Below are positions 30,576-39,771 of a DNA stretch of 64,000 bases, in pieces (position 1 is the stretch's first letter; each line of letters starts with the position of its first letter). The notes beneath the pieces are model-generated. The model had not been told where the DNA came from. It was given only the letters and a program-made list of their open reading frames with translations, and ran no database searches. This DNA is from Candidatus Bathyarchaeia archaeon (lineage in GTDB: Archaea > Thermoproteota > Bathyarchaeia > 40CM-2-53-6), in the NCBI GenBank assembly GCA_049517415.1, contig JBEKSC010000004.1, positions 1 through 64,000 on the forward strand, given 5' to 3'. The translations under genes were made by a program, and so were the position numbers.

Positions 30576-31871
30576 GTGAGAAGAATGCTTGATATGAAGT
30601 TCGTTCGAGAAAATCCTCAACTTGTCAAACAGAATCTAGAACGAAGAGGGGATGAGGCAAAGATTCCGTCGGTAGACGAACTGCTAGAGAATGACCGCAA
30701 GTCGCGTAGCCTCCGGACCGAAGCGGACACACTGCGAAGCAAGAGAAACAAACTCACGGAACAAATAGCTCAAGCTCGCAGGCAAGGCCAGGACACCACG
30801 CAGCTTGTCAAAGAAGCTGAAAGGATTCCTGACAAAGTCAAAACGCTCGAGAAAGAATATGCAGACTTGGATAGCAAGATTGCAAGCGTCCTCATGCAGT
30901 TGCCTAACCTGATCCACGAGAGCGTGCCTGTTGGAAAAGATGACAAGGATAACGTTGAAGTGAGGAAATGGGGCAAGCTGCCAGAGTTCAATTTCAAGCC
31001 GAAGGACCACGTAGACTTAACCGCGCAGCTTGGCCTCGTCGACCTAGAAAGAGCCGCGAAGGTTGCTGGGGCCAGATTCTACTACTTGCGGGGGGACCTT
31101 GTGAAACTTAATCATGCTCTAATTAGACTCGCTTTGGATTTCTGCGAGATGAAGGGCTACAAGCTAGCTCAACCACCCTACCTCCTGAGACGTGAAGCCG
31201 TGGGGGGTGCCGTTGCACTCTCAGATTTTGAGGATGTAATTTACAAAGTTGAAGGCGAAGATCTTTACCTTCTCGCTACATCGGAACACGCCCTGCTAGC
31301 CCAACACATGGACGAAATACTGGATGGAAAGAACCTACCGCTAAGGTACGGCGGAGTGAGTCCATGCTTCAGAAAGGAGGCTGGTGCTCATGGTAAGGAC
31401 ACCAAAGGAATCTTCAGAGTACACCAATTCGAGAAGGTAGAACAATTTGTGTTCTGCAAACCAGAACAGTCTTGGGATGAACATGAGAAACTCATCGCCA
31501 ACGCTGAAGAATTCTTCCGAATGCTGAAAATTCCGTACAGGGTGGTAAACGTTTGCACGGGAGATCTGGGAACAGTCGCCGCAAAGAAATACGATTTGGA
31601 CGCTTGGCTTCCCGGGCAGGGCAATTACAGAGAGGTAGTTTCCTGCAGCAATTGCACAACGTACCAGGCCGTGCGCTCTAAAGTTAGGTTCAGGGACAGG
31701 CCTGACGAGCCAACTAAATGGGTTCACACACTCAACAGCACATTGGTCGCCACAGAGAGGACCCTCGTAGCAATCTTGGAAAACTACCAAACCGAAGACG
31801 GGTCAATCAGGATCCCAGAAACCTTGCAAGTTTACATGGGTGGAGCCACCAAAATCAAGCCTGCAACTTAG
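30576..31871 (+). CDS. serS: Serine--tRNA ligase
   Basis: MLDMKFVRENP, coiled coil, ATSE, CFRKEAG, FRVHQFEKVEQ, EVVSCSNC, TLNST. Confidence 0.97.
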   Translation: MRRMLDMKFVRENPQLVKQNLERRGDEAKIPSVDELLENDRKSRSLRTEADTLRSKRNKLTEQIAQARRQGQDTTQLVKEAERIPDKVKTLEKEYADLDSKIASVLMQLPNLIHESVPVGKDDKDNVEVRKWGKLPEFNFKPKDHVDLTAQLGLVDLERAAKVAGARFYYLRGDLVKLNHALIRLALDFCEMKGYKLAQPPYLLRREAVGGAVALSDFEDVIYKVEGEDLYLLATSEHALLAQHMDEILDGKNLPLRYGGVSPCFRKEAGAHGKDTKGIFRVHQFEKVEQFVFCKPEQSWDEHEKLIANAEEFFRMLKIPYRVVNVCTGDLGTVAAKKYDLDAWLPGQGNYREVVSCSNCTTYQAVRSKVRFRDRPDEPTKWVHTLNSTLVATERTLVAILENYQTEDGSIRIPETLQVYMGGATKIKPAT

Positions 31872-31909
31872 GGCAGCAAACAGTGTAAGCGGTTCAAGCT
31901 GCACGACAG

Positions 31910-32052
31910 AAGGTGCAGTCGTTGAGAAGCCTAGATTCTTCGGTGACAACGGACGCGGTCATATTCGTCTGACGTTCGTCAGTGAACCTGAGGAACGGAT
32001 TGAATTAGGGTTCAAGAAGGTCGCAGATTTCGTTTCAAGCGGCAAGAGCTGA
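31910..32052 (+). pseudogene. C-terminal remnant of a class I/II PLP aminotransferase
   Basis: EGAVVEKPRFFGDNGRGHIRLTFVSEPEERIELGFKKVADFV resembles the aminotransferase C-terminus (G..fG..G.G.iRl.f); no N-terminal part is present. Confidence 0.6.
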
Positions 32053-32760
32053 CCGCGAGACTCGTGCAAGGATAATTATGACGCCGCCGAGTGAGAATTC
32101 CCAGATTTTCACCTCACCAAACCGTTGACTTATGGATTGGACCAGTTCCCGATTAGTTACTAGCAACCGGTAGGTTGGAACAATCATTCGCCATGGATTA
32201 CCGCGGATACGATTAGACTTCGAGAAGCGAGCGATCAAGGGCATGAGGCGTTCAATGTATAATGTGACGAAGGTTCTTTTGAGAATCTTGTTGGGTTTTC
32301 CTAAATCTATTATCGCGAAGGATCCGTCTTCTCCCAAAATCCTACGGAATTCATCAATAGCCACCCCTCGGTCCCTAGCATCTCTGAAAGCATATGCGCT
32401 TACAATTCGGTCAAGCGTGCCCTTTCTGATCGGAACTGCTTCGAAGGTTGCACGAACAAGGTGAACTTGCCCTTCCTTTGACGACCTGAACCTTTCACGG
32501 GCAGCCCCCAAGAGCGTCGTGGATGCGTCTAACCCCACAATCGTTAGGCCCTTAGATTTTGAAAGCAGAACTTGACTCATAGTGCCTGGGCCGATTCCCG
32601 CATCAAGAATTGTCATCCCTTCGCTGACGGCGATTTGATCGGCGGCGTACTCGCGGGCCTTAAGTGCCCGGCCGAGTGATACTTTTTCGTTGACTTTGTC
32701 GTATTCAGGGATCGAGTCTTCAATCGCACGAATTACTGCTTTCCACACATCGTTCTTCAT
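32035..32760 (-). CDS. Class I SAM-dependent methyltransferase (UbiE/MenG-like)
   Basis: YDKVNEKVSLG, LDAGIGPG, AYAFRD, DLGKP. Confidence 0.85.
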   Translation of the reverse strand: MKNDVWKAVIRAIEDSIPEYDKVNEKVSLGRALKAREYAADQIAVSEGMTILDAGIGPGTMSQVLLSKSKGLTIVGLDASTTLLGAARERFRSSKEGQVHLVRATFEAVPIRKGTLDRIVSAYAFRDARDRGVAIDEFRRILGEDGSFAIIDLGKPNKILKRTFVTLYIERLMPLIARFSKSNRIRGNPWRMIVPTYRLLVTNRELVQSISQRFGEVKIWEFSLGGVIIILARVSRSALAA

Positions 32761-32794
32761 TGAAGAGGCGCTCCGTAGGCATCTCCGTGAATCA

Positions 32795-33538
32795 CTAGCC
32801 GTTGTATCCGCTTTGTGACAAGTAGTCTCTGACGCCTTCCCAGCCCTTGTCGGTCTTTGCTTTTACAATGGCGAAAGCATCCTTTCCGCTCAGTGAGCCA
32901 GGTTCCACGCCGGTAACCTCGCGTATCATGAATCGTGCCGCGCTCAAAACTTCTCCATTAAGGTCAGCTTCAGCAGAATCCCCGAGGTGGCATATCAAGG
33001 CCTCAATGGTCATCGGCCCTATGGGCCCGTACTGCCGGCCGTGACTCGCGGCCACAACGTGCACGGCGTCAAGAGGAAATCCTCGCCGAATTAGCTCCGC
33101 GCTAGCCAAGGTCAGATGGTCGACTCGTTCGGCCAAGGCAGACGGTCGATACCTTCCGTCCTCTGCTCGAGAATAAGTAGCGGGTTTGAAAATGTCGTGA
33201 AGCAAAACTCCACAAATCACTAGGTCATTATCTACTTTGCAGCCGTAGATCACCTTTGCCACTCGGGACAAGCTCATGCAGAGTTCGTAAAGTGCCAACG
33301 TATGTTCGATGAACCCCCCGGGGTAATTGTGATGATGCCGAATGCTCGCGGGGGATTTCTCAATCGGCAATCCAGAGAAAGTTTTGCCCCCTATCTTTAC
33401 GGTCGGATTGTCAAGCAGTGCATAGACCTTCTTTCGGAGATTTCTATTCCGAATCTTGTTGACGAGAGTGATTAGGCGTTTGTCCAAGGGAATCAGCGTT
33501 TCACTTGGTGTCTCGGGAAATAAAGTTGGATTCTCCAC
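32795..33538 (-). CDS. HD-domain phosphodiesterase, MptB-like (dihydroneopterin 2',3'-cyclic phosphate phosphodiesterase homolog)
   Basis: SPAS..HH.YPGGFIEHT, LLHDIFKP, DHLTLA.AEL..RGFP, P.TIEA.I.H..D; from memory this resembles methanococcal MptB. Confidence 0.75.
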   Translation of the reverse strand: MENPTLFPETPSETLIPLDKRLITLVNKIRNRNLRKKVYALLDNPTVKIGGKTFSGLPIEKSPASIRHHHNYPGGFIEHTLALYELCMSLSRVAKVIYGCKVDNDLVICGVLLHDIFKPATYSRAEDGRYRPSALAERVDHLTLASAELIRRGFPLDAVHVVAASHGRQYGPIGPMTIEALICHLGDSAEADLNGEVLSAARFMIREVTGVEPGSLSGKDAFAIVKAKTDKGWEGVRDYLSQSGYNG

Positions 33539-33683
33539 GATTGGAACCCTTCGAGGGAGGGCCCACTAGGTAGCGTTGGATGGGGGTTGTCCTTTCGCTG
33601 TTGACGGCAGTGATGCCGTCTACTAGCTGAGGTTCTTTGAACGAGTTGGCGGGCGATGTGAACTAGTATTGCCTATGTGTGGT

Positions 33684-36272
33684 TTAGGAGCAAGCGCCCC
33701 AGCCGCATTCGTGGCATATGTAGCAGCCTTCTTGGTACACGACTTGGCTTTGGCATTGGGGGCAAAGTTTGATCTGTTCGCTTGTGCCTTGGGAGGCGCC
33801 CACCAAGGGCACGGCCAAGAGTTTGGGTGCGCGAGGCGATTGTTCTTCGTCTGTGTTCTCTTCCTCTTTGGTTCCTTCAGTCTTCTTGCGGGGCACAACC
33901 AATACTTGGCCCTTAATCGATGTATCACGGAAAACGGTAACATCTTTGCAACCCAGTTTGTAGGCGAGGAGGTATGATTCACGCATGTCTTCGACCGTCG
34001 CATTGGCTGGGAAATTGTTTGTTTTTGAAATCGAAGAGTCCGTCCATCTTTGAAATGCCGCCAGAGCTCGGATATGGTCCTCTGGGCGAATGTCCATGGC
34101 GGTTATGTAGACGCGTTTCAGGTCTTCGGGGATGTAGCTTATTCTCTGAATTGAGCCGCCGTGGTCGTTCACATCTCTCAGTAGGTCATCGCCGAACAGG
34201 CCTTCTTCACTCATGACGCGTTCAAACACTGAGTCGATGTAGTAGAAGCTTCCAACCTTCACGTGTTTCTCGTAAACGAGTGAATAGACGGGTTCAATTC
34301 CGCTGCTGCATCCCGCGATCATGGAGATGCTACCGGTAGGTGCAATTACAGTTGTGTACCCGTTCCTGACGCCGTGTTGCTTGACCATCTCTGCTACTTT
34401 GTCCCAATCGAAGTGCCATAATTTTCGGTTCGCGAACCCCGCGAAGGGCAGTTTTCCTTCAGGGTAGAAGCTCTTGTTATAGTATGGTACGGGGCCTCGT
34501 TCTTTTGCTAGGTCTATTGATGCTAACTTTGAGTGGTAGTTGATGAACTCCATCAACTCTTCCATAAACTTGCGGCCATCGTCACTATTGTAGGCTGCAC
34601 GAAGTTCGAAGAGTAAGTCCGCCAGCCCCATAACTCCTAGCCCAATCTTCCGTGTTGCAAGTGTCATTTCCTCAATCGCTTTGAGCGGGAAATTATTCAC
34701 GTCGATTACGTTGTCGAGGAATCTGGAACCTACGTTGACCGCTTCCTTCAACCCGTCCCAATCGAAACTAATTTTTCCATTATTGTCCCGTTTAGCGAAG
34801 GCCCATACATTGATGCTGCCCAGGTTACAGGATTCGTTTGGGTAGAGCAATACTTCGCCGCACGGGTTTGTTGTGACTATTGGGCCGAGGTGTTTGAGGA
34901 AGGGGTTGTACTCGTTAACGTGGTCGAAGAAAATTACGCCTGGTTCGGCGCTCTCCCACGCCTGGTACACTATCATATCGAACAATAGGCGAGGGTTGAC
35001 CTCACGCACAACCTGCCCGGTTCTCGGGTTGATGAGCGGGTATGGCTTATTCTTGTTGTAGCATTCCCAAAAGTCAGGCATCAAGAGAACTGAGATGTTG
35101 AAGTTTCTCAGTGCCTTGTTTCCTTTCTTTGCCGTTATGAATTTCTCGACGTCTGGATGATTGCTGTTGAGTATTCCCATGTTGGCGCCGCGGCGGATTC
35201 CGCCTTGCTTTATCACGTCGGTCATAGTATCGAACAACATCATGAAACTGATCGGGCCCGACGCTACGCCCGAGGTTGAGCTTACGTAATCTCCTTCGGG
35301 CCTTAGTTTTGAGAAGTTGTAGCCCATGCCTCCGCCTGCTTTGAAGACCACTGCGGTTTGCTTCAACGTCTCCATAATGCTCTCGATGGAATCGTCCACA
35401 CCCAAGACGAAGCAAGCGGAGCCCATTCCGAGAACGTTTCCGAAATTGGCTATTGCGGGTGTGTTGGGCATGAATTTTTTGGAAACCATCAACCCATAAA
35501 ACGCGTCAATGGATTTCTCGTACTTGTTAAAGAGGCCTGCCTGGAGCATTTCGAAGAAACGTGACCAAGAGACCTTCGCGGCGCCTTCGCGGTCAAATCG
35601 GTCATACATTCGCTTCAAGGCTTCGAGATGGTATCGGTTGAGTGGGTATTTTCCGATGCTCACTTTCTCGTGGAATTGAAGGGGGTCAAAGTTTTCTTGT
35701 GGATGGGACTTCTGTTTGTTGGTTATGTCGTACATCTCTAGGTCGTAGAACAAATCAGGTAGCGCTGCGTGGACTGCGATTCGCGTGAAGAGTTGCTTCG
35801 GTGTTTCTATGAGCTTACCCGCTTCGTCTTTTTTCAGGTACCTGGCCTTGAGAACCCTGAGGGCGTTTAGGTCGAACACCTTGTCTACTTCATCGATAAT
35901 TTCTTTCTCTAGAATTCGTTGCTTCTCACGCCTAATCTCAGCCCTTTTCTGCCGGTAGATTATGTACGCCTTAGCAACTTTCGCTTGCCCATTTTCAACC
36001 AGGGCCCTTTCTACAACGTCCTGAACATCCTCAACGGCTGGGATCCCTTCGCCGCCATACTTGTCATCTAGAATCTCAACCACGCGTGATGATAGCGACT
36101 CGGCGAGTGCGCGGTCTCGACTGCCCGATGCCTGTATGGCTTTGTAAATTGCGTTTGCGATTTTCTCTTTGTTGAATTGGACAATGCGCCCATCGCGCTT
36201 TCTAATCTGGATGATTCTTGATTTCGGAGGAACGTCATTCGTCGAAGCTTCAACGTGGGACTTCAAATGCAC
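33684..36272 (-). CDS. nrdJ: Adenosylcobalamin-dependent (class II) ribonucleotide reductase with N-terminal ATP cone
   Basis: IRKRDGR ATP cone, FMPNTP, SACFV, RRGANMG, TTNPCGE, APTGSIS, C-terminal CPQC...CHECG. Confidence 0.96.
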   Translation of the reverse strand: MHLKSHVEASTNDVPPKSRIIQIRKRDGRIVQFNKEKIANAIYKAIQASGSRDRALAESLSSRVVEILDDKYGGEGIPAVEDVQDVVERALVENGQAKVAKAYIIYRQKRAEIRREKQRILEKEIIDEVDKVFDLNALRVLKARYLKKDEAGKLIETPKQLFTRIAVHAALPDLFYDLEMYDITNKQKSHPQENFDPLQFHEKVSIGKYPLNRYHLEALKRMYDRFDREGAAKVSWSRFFEMLQAGLFNKYEKSIDAFYGLMVSKKFMPNTPAIANFGNVLGMGSACFVLGVDDSIESIMETLKQTAVVFKAGGGMGYNFSKLRPEGDYVSSTSGVASGPISFMMLFDTMTDVIKQGGIRRGANMGILNSNHPDVEKFITAKKGNKALRNFNISVLLMPDFWECYNKNKPYPLINPRTGQVVREVNPRLLFDMIVYQAWESAEPGVIFFDHVNEYNPFLKHLGPIVTTNPCGEVLLYPNESCNLGSINVWAFAKRDNNGKISFDWDGLKEAVNVGSRFLDNVIDVNNFPLKAIEEMTLATRKIGLGVMGLADLLFELRAAYNSDDGRKFMEELMEFINYHSKLASIDLAKERGPVPYYNKSFYPEGKLPFAGFANRKLWHFDWDKVAEMVKQHGVRNGYTTVIAPTGSISMIAGCSSGIEPVYSLVYEKHVKVGSFYYIDSVFERVMSEEGLFGDDLLRDVNDHGGSIQRISYIPEDLKRVYITAMDIRPEDHIRALAAFQRWTDSSISKTNNFPANATVEDMRESYLLAYKLGCKDVTVFRDTSIKGQVLVVPRKKTEGTKEEENTDEEQSPRAPKLLAVPLVGASQGTSEQIKLCPQCQSQVVYQEGCYICHECGWGACS

Positions 36273-36519
36273 CTTTGCCTCTTAGAAATTGAAAACTGTT
36301 GCTAATGACCTGGATGCACTTTAATAGTTTTCGACAGAATTGTTTAAAATATTGTACCCGCCGACGATGGAAATGCATCACCGTACTCAACTGCCTATGG
36401 GGACTTCGACTGGAAAACAAGTAGCACACCATCCTCGAACTCGGTTGGCTCCTGAAAAGGCTTTTATGGATTACGAGGCACGCGATCCATGCCTCGTAAG
36501 CGAAAATATTCGCCGCAGC

Positions 36520-37173
36520 TTACTTCGGATGGGACGGTGCCTTCAATGGGTCGACTATGCCGACATCTCCGAATGCCTTTTCCCTTGTGTAGCAACCGCG
36601 GCATTTTCCGCACGGGATAGGCAAGTCCTCATAGCAACTCCAGGTTAGTTCGAGTGGAACCTTGAGCTTTAGCGCGAGCCTGAGCACCTCAACCTTGGTG
36701 TAGTGGATTAACGGGTTGACGATCTTTATTTCAGCGCCCTCTTGGCCTGACCTTGTTCCGGTTCGGATTAACTCATTCATGAGTTGAATGAATGAGGGTT
36801 TTGCATCAGGGAGCTCCATAGCGTCGTCGGCATTTGACCCAAACACTATCTCGAGGGCGCCGATGGCTTCGGCGTAAGCGGCGGCAACGCCGTAAAAGAC
36901 GATGTTTCGCGCGGGAACGTAAGCGGAAGAGATCTCAGAGGAGGGAGCAGGCCGGTAGCGAGTTTCAATGTCCTTGAAGAATGGAAGGTAAACGCTGAAG
37001 TGTTCTTTCACTTGGGCGGCTGCTGCCAGTTTCTTAGACGCTTCCGCTTCGCTATCGTAAGTTTGCGTGTAGATCATAGTCATGGAATAAACGTCGTCGG
37101 TTTCTTGCTTGGTTAGGTAGAGTGCGGTTGCGGAGTCGATCCCTCCGGAAAGAAGGATTAGCGCTCTAACCAA
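36520..37173 (-). CDS. queC: 7-cyano-7-deazaguanine synthase
   Basis: LSGGIDS, YVPARN, TWSCY, CGKCRGC. Confidence 0.93.
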   Translation of the reverse strand: MVRALILLSGGIDSATALYLTKQETDDVYSMTMIYTQTYDSEAEASKKLAAAAQVKEHFSVYLPFFKDIETRYRPAPSSEISSAYVPARNIVFYGVAAAYAEAIGALEIVFGSNADDAMELPDAKPSFIQLMNELIRTGTRSGQEGAEIKIVNPLIHYTKVEVLRLALKLKVPLELTWSCYEDLPIPCGKCRGCYTREKAFGDVGIVDPLKAPSHPK

Positions 37174-37336
37174 ACGGTTACCCCTCAGGCATGGATTCTT
37201 TTCCGCACGGACGCAGGCTTGGATGGCGTCTCAATATGTGGTGTAGTTTTGTGGGGACAACTTGTTACTCGTCTCGAATGGCGGTGGAGAATAAGCCTTG
37301 AGGGAGGCCCCGCAAAACCTCCTCGGTTTCGCCGGC

Positions 37337-37570
37337 CTAATGTGTTTTCATGAAGGTGTCGACGGATTCCTTTCTGCACTGGGGGCAGATCTTCAGGTGA
37401 TAGCGATCGTTGGGGAGCGGTTGGTGGCACCACTCGCACCGTTTGATTCTCGGGGTCTCCATCTCAGGGATTTCTTCGAACAGTAACTTTTCGAGGTCTT
37501 CAACCAATTTCTTTTCCTCCTTTTTTTCTGGCCCTTGTGCCTTGTTTGCCGATGCAAACGAGGCAAGCAT
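37337..37570 (-). CDS. Small zinc-ribbon hypothetical protein
   Basis: CEWC...CPQC; ATG start just downstream of an AT-rich region. Confidence 0.55.
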   Translation of the reverse strand: MLASFASANKAQGPEKKEEKKLVEDLEKLLFEEIPEMETPRIKRCEWCHQPLPNDRYHLKICPQCRKESVDTFMKTH

Positions 37571-37672
37571 GTACTACAGGTTAAGGAGTGTTAAAAGAAT
37601 TAACAAGATTTATAAGAAACCTATGTAATCAATGTTAGCAAGATATCAGATTAAGCACAGTAACTTTGTGAG

Positions 37673-38092
37673 TTGGCTATCATGGCAAACAATGCGGTCC
37701 TGATTCGCGGGTTGGATCGGGATATCTACAATGGTGTGATAGCCAAAGCTAAACAGCAAGGAAAGAACGTGGCCGAACTCGTAAACGAGGCCCTGCAGCA
37801 GTATATGCGAGAATCTCCATCTGAAAGCGAGAATGTCTTTGACACGAAGAAGCTAATCATCGCTGGTTCCGTCCTCCTCTCCAAAGCCGACATCCTAGGG
37901 TTGCACAAGGAGCTTGGCAACTTCCACCTCGAGAACAGTGGCGAACTAACCTTCGACAAGGACGTCGACCGCGAAGCCTTCCAGAAGATTGAGCACATCC
38001 ACAACACAGGGAAGCTTCGGGTCCCTACAGACGTCCATCACTTCGCCCTACTGAAGGCTGGGCACGTACGCGGAGAAGTCGAAAAGTACTAG
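37673..38092 (+). CDS. Hypothetical protein with N-terminal ribbon-helix-helix-like domain
   Basis: VLIRGLDRDIY...AKA...GKNVAELVNEAL. Confidence 0.65.
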   Translation: MAIMANNAVLIRGLDRDIYNGVIAKAKQQGKNVAELVNEALQQYMRESPSESENVFDTKKLIIAGSVLLSKADILGLHKELGNFHLENSGELTFDKDVDREAFQKIEHIHNTGKLRVPTDVHHFALLKAGHVRGEVEKY

Positions 38093-38130
38093 TGCTGAGC
38101 CCGATAAATTGCCGAGTTTGTAGTCGTTTT

Positions 38131-38466
38131 TCACACGGTCTCGACGCCGAACTTTCCAGTCTCCCATAGCTCAATTTTGACGGTAGTCTTGAAGAAGATA
38201 CTGAGCTGTTCTTGTAACTGCCTTGCCAGCCTCTCACAAGACATGTTCCCTATGTCATGGTGGTCGTACTTTTCGTCGATGAATTGGTCCACTTTTTTCT
38301 TGATGTCCTCGAAATCTAACCATTCCTCACTCTTCCCGTAGACCTTTGCGAGCAGTTGGTAGTTATGACCGTGCAACCGGCCGCAGCGTGGGTGGCCGGC
38401 GATAATGTGGGCTGAGGCGAACTCCCGCCGGTAAAGGCGTGCAATATCCGGCTCCGTAGAGGACAT
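38131..38466 (-). CDS. queD: 6-carboxytetrahydropterin synthase
   Basis: FASAH, CGRLHGHNY, DFEDIK, DH, ELWET. Confidence 0.9.
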   Translation of the reverse strand: MSSTEPDIARLYRREFASAHIIAGHPRCGRLHGHNYQLLAKVYGKSEEWLDFEDIKKKVDQFIDEKYDHHDIGNMSCERLARQLQEQLSIFFKTTVKIELWETGKFGVETV

Positions 38467-38468
38467 CC

Positions 38469-39035
38469 CTAGACTTCCCTGCGTAACATCTGAAAGAATT
38501 CGCTTCGTGTTTCAAACTTCTCGAATTGGCCTCGGATTTCCGAGGTAACTATGTCAGCGCCGCTCTTAACGCCCCTCATCTCCATGCACAGATGCCTAGC
38601 TTGGACTACGACTACAACCCCATGCGGGTGCAAATTTTCGTTCAGGGCGTCAGCGAGCTGTTTTGTCATTCGTTCTTGGAGTTGAAGGCGCTTACTGAAG
38701 CAGTCGACTAACCTAACCAGCTTTGACAGGCCAACCACTGCCCTTGAAGGAATGTATCCAATGTGCACTTTCCCATGGAAGGGCAAAATGTGATGCTCGC
38801 AGAGGCTGAAAAACCCAATATCCTTCGCCACTACCATCCCACTGACCTCACTCCATTCCCTGGAAAGAATCTGCTTGGGGTTCATGGAATACCCTTCAGT
38901 CAGCTCAGCGAACATTTCCGTGACACGCCTCGGCGTGTCCAGAAGGCCTTCGCGCTTGGGGTTCTCACCAATCTCTTCGAGAAGCGTTCTCGTCAGCGCC
39001 TGCATCTTATTCTTGTCCATAATCCCGCAAACCAA
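38469..39035 (-). CDS. folE: GTP cyclohydrolase IA
   Basis: REGLLDTP.RV, SLCEHH..PF.G, GLSKL, QLQER, HLCM..RG. Confidence 0.95.
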   Translation of the reverse strand: MVCGIMDKNKMQALTRTLLEEIGENPKREGLLDTPRRVTEMFAELTEGYSMNPKQILSREWSEVSGMVVAKDIGFFSLCEHHILPFHGKVHIGYIPSRAVVGLSKLVRLVDCFSKRLQLQERMTKQLADALNENLHPHGVVVVVQARHLCMEMRGVKSGADIVTSEIRGQFEKFETRSEFFQMLRREV

Positions 39036-39117
39036 AGACTAATCTCATTTTAGCCTGGCGAGAAGGCCTATCAAAAGTTCACAATTAAGTCTTCCTTCGA
39101 ATAAGGGCTCCGAGACA

Positions 39118-39753
39118 GTGATCGAGGCTTTGAATGATGAGTCGAACCCTTGTGCCGAGGGGATGGGCATGAAACCTCGCATACTTCCCCGCGACTTCTA
39201 CGAACGCGATACGGTCAAGGTGGCAAAAGATCTTCTTGGCAAACGTTTGGTTCGAGTAAAAGGCCGGAATAGAATGGAAGGAAGAATCGTAGAAGTTGAA
39301 GCCTATCGCGGCTTAGATGACCCCGCAAGCCATGCATTTCGCGGCCCAACGCCTCGAAACGCCCCAATGTTCGGCGAACCGGGTCACGCGTACATTTACT
39401 TCACTTACGGGAATCACTACTGCCTCAACATTACAACGCAAGAAGTGGGAACGCCCGGCGCCGTTTTAATTCGAGCAATCCAACCACTCGAGGGATTGCG
39501 TGAGATGAGACGGCTACGACCCAAGGTTCTGGACTCAAACTTGACCAATGGGCCAGGCAAATTAACGAAGGCACTAGGAATCGACAAGTCACTAAACGAG
39601 ATTGACATGACAAGACGGGAGGACCTCTTCGTCACCGAATCAGATGAGACAACATTCAAGGTAGCCAAATCTGCGCGAGTCGGAATAAGTCAAGCTGCAG
39701 ATCGGTTATGGAGATTCTATGTTGCAGGCAATTCATACGTTTCGAAAGGCTAG
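39118..39753 (+). CDS. DNA-3-methyladenine glycosylase (MPG/AAG family)
   Basis: VAKDLLGK, IVEVEAY, DPASH, AYIYFTYG, AVLIRA, NGPGKL, RVGI. Confidence 0.94.
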   Translation: MIEALNDESNPCAEGMGMKPRILPRDFYERDTVKVAKDLLGKRLVRVKGRNRMEGRIVEVEAYRGLDDPASHAFRGPTPRNAPMFGEPGHAYIYFTYGNHYCLNITTQEVGTPGAVLIRAIQPLEGLREMRRLRPKVLDSNLTNGPGKLTKALGIDKSLNEIDMTRREDLFVTESDETTFKVAKSARVGISQAADRLWRFYVAGNSYVSKG

Positions 39754-39771
39754 AACTTAGGCTAGGTCAAA

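Noticed and set aside
33684..36519. Intein in nrdJ, or a cobalamin riboswitch upstream of it
   Set aside because: No intein splice motifs or large insertion at the catalytic motifs; no B12-box seen in 36273-36519.
36520..39035. 7-deazaguanine DNA-modification (dpd) defence island
   Set aside because: No dpdA/TGT-like or helicase genes nearby; tRNA archaeosine precursor synthesis is the simpler reading.
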